A stretch of DNA of 64,000 nt, from contig CANCJE010000001.1 in NCBI GenBank assembly GCA_947378235.1, positions 14,361 through 78,360 on the forward strand, given 5' to 3'. Below the pieces are notes generated by a model, which saw only the letters and a list, made by a program, of their open reading frames with translations, searched no databases and had not been told where the DNA came from. The position numbers were made by a program, and so were the translations under genes. Source of the stretch: Caulobacteraceae bacterium (GTDB taxonomy: Bacteria > Pseudomonadota > Alphaproteobacteria > Caulobacterales > Caulobacteraceae). The stretch's first letter is position 1; each line of letters starts with the position of its first letter. Below, one piece after another: positions 59,067-64,000 of this stretch.

Positions 59067-59892
59067 CAGCGCTATAGAAACCTTCCTCGTCCACGGCTTG
59101 GGCCAGGTCAGGATAGAAGTCCACGCGTCCGGGCTTCCATTTCTTTAGGCCCTCCAACTCCAGCAAGGGGCGAACCTGCGGGTCGTCATATTTCATCGAC
59201 ATCAAGAGCTCAACGAACCGGTCGATCAGGTCCTGTGGGGCATCCGGACTGGTCGTGAAATTACAATGGTCGTAAGGCGCGGTGCGTTCAATGATCCGGG
59301 TTGAGCCTGCGGGCAGCGTGCCATCAAGCCCAAAACCCAAATGGTTGCCATCGATCATACAGCAGGCATCCACGTCGCCAGCCAAGAGCGCCAGGGCTGC
59401 GTCGCGTTCGCCGCCAATATGGTCGCCGTGCTTACCGGCCAAAACATCAAAGCGCCGAACGGTAAAGTCTTGGCCGCCAATCAGCCCCGCCAAACGTAAA
59501 TGATGCAGCGGCAGCAAGGTGGCTTGAGGGGAATCGATGGCCCCCACGCCAAGGGTTTTGCCACGCAAATCGGCGGCGCTTTGCAAGAGGCTGTCGGCGC
59601 GCACAACGATCACGGAACGCAGATTGCAATCGGTATTGCGCATGGCCACCGCCTGCACGCTCTGGCCTCGGCTGCGGGCCATGCGGTCGGCCCGTACCCA
59701 CGCTAGGGGTGAATTCCAAGCGACATGCAAGGTGCCGTCAAACTGAGCTTCGACCTGAGCCTCATAGTTCGAATAGAGAACATAGTCGAAGGCAAAGCCC
59801 TGCTGCGCGAACCAGGCTTTGAAGCCTTCCCAGATGGTCACCACCTTGGGGGCGTAGGCGACAGCGCCCATAATGAGCGTCGGTTGGGTCAC
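59032..59892 (-). CDS. PhnD/SsuA-like periplasmic-binding-protein fold protein lacking a signal peptide
   Basis: 286 aa of the PBP type-2 fold family (phosphonate-binding-like). It has no N-terminal hydrophobic leader. Its 3' end overlaps the diiron gene's start by 35 nt. Confidence 0.45.
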   Translation of the reverse strand: MTQPTLIMGAVAYAPKVVTIWEGFKAWFAQQGFAFDYVLYSNYEAQVEAQFDGTLHVAWNSPLAWVRADRMARSRGQSVQAVAMRNTDCNLRSVIVVRADSLLQSAADLRGKTLGVGAIDSPQATLLPLHHLRLAGLIGGQDFTVRRFDVLAGKHGDHIGGERDAALALLAGDVDACCMIDGNHLGFGLDGTLPAGSTRIIERTAPYDHCNFTTSPDAPQDLIDRFVELLMSMKYDDPQVRPLLELEGLKKWKPGRVDFYPDLAQAVDEEGFYSADGRILRADYRY

Positions 59893-59970
59893 AAGGGTGT
59901 CCTTCGAACAGAAAGCTTCGGCGCAAGCGCTAAGGCCTCACCCTATAGCAGTCCGCAGCGGGGTGCACCC

Positions 59971-60864
59971 TTAACCGGCAGCCTTAAAGGCCGCAAGCAA
60001 CCCGGCCAGAAGGGGTGGGTAGGGGTTGGTGGCGCTGCATCGGCCCATGGCGATGGCTTGAGCCTGAGCTTGCGACGCCTCATCTGTAAAGTTGGGCAGG
60101 ACATAGAGGTCGCGCTTTACAATGGCGTCAAACACCATGTCGGAAAGGGCCGAAGCGGGCAGTCCGGCGTCTACAGATTGACGCATAAATTGTTCTAGTG
60201 CGTTCAAGGTCGGGTTCTTCAAACGTCCTTGGAGCTCAGTTTGAAGGGTGTCCGGTCCAGTCTTTTCGGGGAACATGATCTTGGACTGGACGACACCGGG
60301 CATGACGATGGTCACGCCGATGGTATCGATCTGCTCTACGCCGAGATCCAGATAGAGAGCTTCAGAAAGGGCCACCACGCCATGCTTGGTCATCGAATAG
60401 GCGCTAAAGCCTGGATTGACCGTGATCCCAGCGCCCGATGAGGTGTTGATGACGTGGCAGTCGTCCCCTTGAGCGATCATGCGCGGCACAAAGGCCTTGA
60501 TGCCATTGATGACGCTCTTGAGATTGACCCCAATGACCCAATCATATTCCTCTACGGAGGTCTCCCACGTCAGGCCGGAGGCAAAGACACCGGCATTGTT
60601 GAACATCAAATTGACCTTGCCGAACCGTTCGACAGTGGCTTGGGCAAGGGCCTCGACCTCCTCGAATTTAGAGACGTCAGTCTTGACCGCTAAGACGTCA
60701 CCGCCCGCATCGCGCAGTTCAGCCAAGGCTTGGGCCAAAGGTTCATCGCGAATGTCGGCAATCACAACCTTGGCGCCGCGCTGGATCGCGCCGTGGGCTA
60801 GGGCGAGGCCGATCCCGCTGGCTCCTCCGGTGATGACGGCGACCTTATCGTTAAAGCGATCCAT
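59971..60864 (-). CDS. Short-chain dehydrogenase/reductase (SDR)
   Basis: It has the SDR glycine motif TGGASGIGLA and the active-site YxxxK region. Confidence 0.8.
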   Translation of the reverse strand: MDRFNDKVAVITGGASGIGLALAHGAIQRGAKVVIADIRDEPLAQALAELRDAGGDVLAVKTDVSKFEEVEALAQATVERFGKVNLMFNNAGVFASGLTWETSVEEYDWVIGVNLKSVINGIKAFVPRMIAQGDDCHVINTSSGAGITVNPGFSAYSMTKHGVVALSEALYLDLGVEQIDTIGVTIVMPGVVQSKIMFPEKTGPDTLQTELQGRLKNPTLNALEQFMRQSVDAGLPASALSDMVFDAIVKRDLYVLPNFTDEASQAQAQAIAMGRCSATNPYPPLLAGLLAAFKAAG

Positions 60865-61079
60865 GAGGGACTATACTTTCTGAAGGCTGTGAATGGCGCG
60901 GGCCTCTGTGCCTCTTGAGCGATACCGAATAGATCATCCTAGACAGAACGCCATTCACAATTTTGCCTATCCAGAAGGCCTTTGCATTCTCGCCATAACC
61001 CCTATGCTCCCGACTAATCCTAAGCTCTGACAGGGCCGGTCAGCGCTGTTGGAGACCATAAAAGCACAGGGACGAAACC

Positions 61080-62318
61080 ATGGATCGCTATGATCTGATC
61101 ATGATTGGCGGCGGGATCAGCGGCTCGGCGATGGCGATTGTCATGGCCCGCGCTGGCCACAGGGTTCTTGTTCTTGAACGGTCCGAACAGTTTGAAGATC
61201 AGGTGCGCGGCGAATGGATCGCCCCGTGGGGCGTGGCGGAGGTCCAACGTCTGGGCCTTTACGACCTGCTGATGGGGGCCGGTGGCCATCACCTGACCCA
61301 TCACATTACCTATGATGAGGCGCTCAATCCTGACGTGGCCGAGGCGGCACCCCTGCCGCTGGGCATGTTTTTGCCGAATGTCCCAGGCCCCCTGTGTATT
61401 GGACACCCGAAACATTGTCAGACCCTCTTTGACGAGGCGGTCCGCTGCGGTGCAGAGGCTCTTCGCGGGGTCAATGTCGTGTCGGTCATTACCGGGTCAG
61501 AGCCGACGGTAACCTATGAGTTGGACGGCGTGACCCATACCGCTTCGGCGCGCCTGATCGTGGGGGCGGATGGACGCAATTCCATGGTCCGAGAGGCTGC
61601 CGCCATTACCCTTAACGCGGATCGTCCCCATCATATGTTCGGCGGCATGTTGGTCGAGGGCGTCAGCGGTTGGGATGACCATATTCAAGCCATTGGAACC
61701 GAGGGTGAGTTTGCCTTTTTGGCCTTTCCTCAAGGCGATGGGAAGGTGCGGGTCTATGGCAGCTACAGTCTTGATGAACGCTCACGCTTTTCGGGTCCCG
61801 ATGGCCCGCAGCGTTTTCTAGAGAGCTTTCGGGTGAACTGTAGTCCGCGCAATCGCCACATTGCCGATGGGCGTCCAGCGGGGCCATTGCGCAGCTATGC
61901 CAATAACGACACCTGGACAGATGTGCCCTTCGCGCAAGGCGCCGTGTTGGTGGGCGATGCGGCCGGTTGGAATGACCCGATTATTGGCCTTGGCCTATCC
62001 ATCACCTATCGCGATGTTCGCATGGTCAGCGACCTACTTCTTCGTTCGCAAGACTGGAGCCCCGCTCTTCTGGAACCTTACGCCGAAGAGCGCACTGAAC
62101 GGATGCGGCGCCTGCGCTTCGTCGCCAAGATTCAGTCTTCCTTGGATGCCGAGTTTGGTGATCAGGCCCGGATGCGTCGCCACAGCTATTTTGAGCGGGC
62201 CGCAAGAGATCCGATGCTGGGCCTGCATGCCTTTGCGGTGATGGGTGGACCCGAGGCGGCACCGCCTGAAACCTTTACCGCCGCCTATCGCGAGCGTGTT
62301 CTTGGCGTGGAGGCCTAA
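61080..62318 (+). CDS. FAD-dependent aromatic-ring monooxygenase (UbiH/PHBH class)
   Basis: It has the Rossmann motif DLIMIGGGISGSAMAIVMARAGHRVLVLE and the motif GDAAGWNDPIIGLGL. Confidence 0.75.
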   Translation: MDRYDLIMIGGGISGSAMAIVMARAGHRVLVLERSEQFEDQVRGEWIAPWGVAEVQRLGLYDLLMGAGGHHLTHHITYDEALNPDVAEAAPLPLGMFLPNVPGPLCIGHPKHCQTLFDEAVRCGAEALRGVNVVSVITGSEPTVTYELDGVTHTASARLIVGADGRNSMVREAAAITLNADRPHHMFGGMLVEGVSGWDDHIQAIGTEGEFAFLAFPQGDGKVRVYGSYSLDERSRFSGPDGPQRFLESFRVNCSPRNRHIADGRPAGPLRSYANNDTWTDVPFAQGAVLVGDAAGWNDPIIGLGLSITYRDVRMVSDLLLRSQDWSPALLEPYAEERTERMRRLRFVAKIQSSLDAEFGDQARMRRHSYFERAARDPMLGLHAFAVMGGPEAAPPETFTAAYRERVLGVEA

Positions 62319-62320
62319 CG

Positions 62321-62695
62321 ATGAGTCTTGATCTGGACGATTTTAACCGTCGCTGGTTGCAGGCCTGGACCGATAAGAATGTGCCGGTTCTTTTGAGTTT
62401 CTACTCATCCGACACGATCTATGCCGATCCTCAAACCGCGGCCGGCATTCAAGGCCAAGAGGCCTTGGGGGCCTATCTGACGGGCCTGTTCGGGGCCACG
62501 CCGCCCATGACCTATGAACCCCATGAGCTTTGGGCGACCCACAATGGCTATTGCGGTCGCTGGTTTTGCACCATCAGTCCACCAGACGGACCGGTCTCCT
62601 ACCTTCGGGGATTTGATCTGGTCGTGCTTGAAGGCGATAAGATTGTCCGCAACGAAGTCTTTGTGCACCCTCTCGAGACCTTGCCATCCCTTTAG
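62321..62695 (+). CDS. SnoaL-like / NTF2-fold protein
   Basis: 124 aa. The start is 3 nt after the monooxygenase stop. Confidence 0.55.
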   Translation: MSLDLDDFNRRWLQAWTDKNVPVLLSFYSSDTIYADPQTAAGIQGQEALGAYLTGLFGATPPMTYEPHELWATHNGYCGRWFCTISPPDGPVSYLRGFDLVVLEGDKIVRNEVFVHPLETLPSL

Positions 62696-62704
62696 CCGGT
62701 TGGC

Positions 62705-63991
62705 CTAGGCCTCTAGGCCTTTGGGCGGGTTATGGCCGATTTTCGGCAGCAAGAGTTTGAGGAGTGGTCCGGTCATCAAGGTTGTAACAACCGCCATAAT
62801 GACCAGCATGGTGAATGTCTTTTGAGGCAAGACGCCAAGATCATAGCCGATATTCAGGACGATGAGTTCCATCAGGGCGCGGGTGTTCATCAACACGCCA
62901 AGGATCGTGGCCTGATAGTGGCTCGATCCGGTCAGGCGGCTAGCGAAATAGACGGGGACAACCTTGCCCGCGATGGCACCGATCAAGATGATCGTGAGCC
63001 ATAACCAATCTTGAGGCTCATTAAGCCCCAAGAGGTTTGTTCTTAGTCCGGTATAGGTGAAAAAGACCGGTAGGAAGAACACCAACACCATTTGGCCGAC
63101 CTGTTTGTGCCAAGCCGCCACGAATTTTGGCCGTTGGTGGAACAGTATGCCGGCCATGAAACCGCCGAAGATCGAAAATATGCCAAGTCTGTAGGTGCAG
63201 ATTGCCAAGGCAAAGATCAGGCAAAAAACAATGGCCATGAGATTGGGTGTTAAGGCCTCATCCTCCGCCGCGAAATGGTCCACGAGCCGTCCGATAAGGG
63301 GCCGTAAAACAATCAAACACGCGGCACTGAGGGCGAGGATGCCCGATATCTGAAGGCCCATATTTAGGCCGCTGAAAGCGCGCGCGGCATAGGTGGTCAC
63401 GGCCGCGAGCAGAACCCATCCAATCACATCATTCAGGGCTGCCGCTGTGATGGCAGTGACGCCAATTTGCGTGTGGGTCAGGCCATATTCTCGCAGGATG
63501 CGGCCCAAGATGGGAACAGCCGTGATGGCCAAGGCAACCGCGCAAAAGAGGCTGTAGGTGAGACGGTCAATCTGGGGTGCCAAAATCGGCGCTGACCAGT
63601 GTCCAATTGCGAAGCCTAAGGCCAAGGGCACACCAATCGACGCAGCAGTGATCAGACCGATGGCGCGGCGCACGGTCTGCTTGCGCAGATGCTGAAATTC
63701 AAAATCTGCCCCAATTTGAAACATGAGCAGGACAAGGCCAATCTGACTGATGACCGTTATGGGCGCTGAGGCCTTCAAACCGAATAGAAAGACCGATTCA
63801 CTGGGGAAAAAGTGACCAAAGAGCGAAGGGCCGAGCATCAGACCTGCGACAATCTCACCAATGACACCGGGTTGGCCAAGACGCCGAAATATCGTGTTCA
63901 TGATGCGCGCGGCACCAATCATCAAGATCAGTTGGACCAAGACCGAAAAGAGCAGGTTCTCAGTTTGATGAACAGAGGAGGGGAGTGGCAT
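62705..63991 (-). CDS. Cation:proton antiporter (CPA/Kef-type Na+/H+ exchanger membrane domain)
   Basis: 428 aa with about 12 TM segments and a CPA2-like sequence. Confidence 0.7.
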   Translation of the reverse strand: MPLPSSVHQTENLLFSVLVQLILMIGAARIMNTIFRRLGQPGVIGEIVAGLMLGPSLFGHFFPSESVFLFGLKASAPITVISQIGLVLLMFQIGADFEFQHLRKQTVRRAIGLITAASIGVPLALGFAIGHWSAPILAPQIDRLTYSLFCAVALAITAVPILGRILREYGLTHTQIGVTAITAAALNDVIGWVLLAAVTTYAARAFSGLNMGLQISGILALSAACLIVLRPLIGRLVDHFAAEDEALTPNLMAIVFCLIFALAICTYRLGIFSIFGGFMAGILFHQRPKFVAAWHKQVGQMVLVFFLPVFFTYTGLRTNLLGLNEPQDWLWLTIILIGAIAGKVVPVYFASRLTGSSHYQATILGVLMNTRALMELIVLNIGYDLGVLPQKTFTMLVIMAVVTTLMTGPLLKLLLPKIGHNPPKGLEA

Positions 63992-64000
63992 CGGATGCTC

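Overview
This is a high-GC (about 60%) window that looks alphaproteobacterial and carries roughly 55 genes. Its defining feature is a complete plasmid/chromid-type replication and partition module: a repA-like initiator at 3502-4545, two arrays of ~22-bp iterons with an AT-rich stretch between them, and a convergent parA/RHH-adaptor operon at 5075-6208 with centromere-like repeats upstream. This module sits directly beside core-metabolism genes (moaC-moeA-xdhC, ppc). That suggests the window spans the origin of a secondary replicon or an integrated plasmid. Other content: two tandem, diverged TadG-like vWA proteins rich in cysteine and proline, with no other pilus genes nearby; an ABC-2 ATPase plus a permease fused to an M1 metallopeptidase; PuuA/PuuB-like genes next to ppc; a WYL-domain regulator divergent from a small unknown gene; two L,D-transpeptidases; a 2-aminoethylphosphonate cluster (DUF5690 membrane protein, FAD amine oxidase, PhnX); a flotillin. 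A minus-strand sugar-modification cluster (GNAT, SAM methyltransferase, PhyH dioxygenase, two DegT aminotransferases, FemAB-like acyltransferase) ends in a strongly AT-rich, apparently horizontally acquired GT41/OGT-like protein glycosyltransferase at 43731-45164. The remainder covers D-aminoacylase, KdgK, cytochromes c' and b561, tRNA-Thr(UGU), a TonB-dependent receptor, mazEF, and an aromatic-catabolism-like operon containing a TusA-like/diiron ferritin-like fusion with a signal-less PhnD-like protein. No CRISPR array, integrase or transposase was seen. All product calls rest on motif recognition in the supplied translations; no database search was run.
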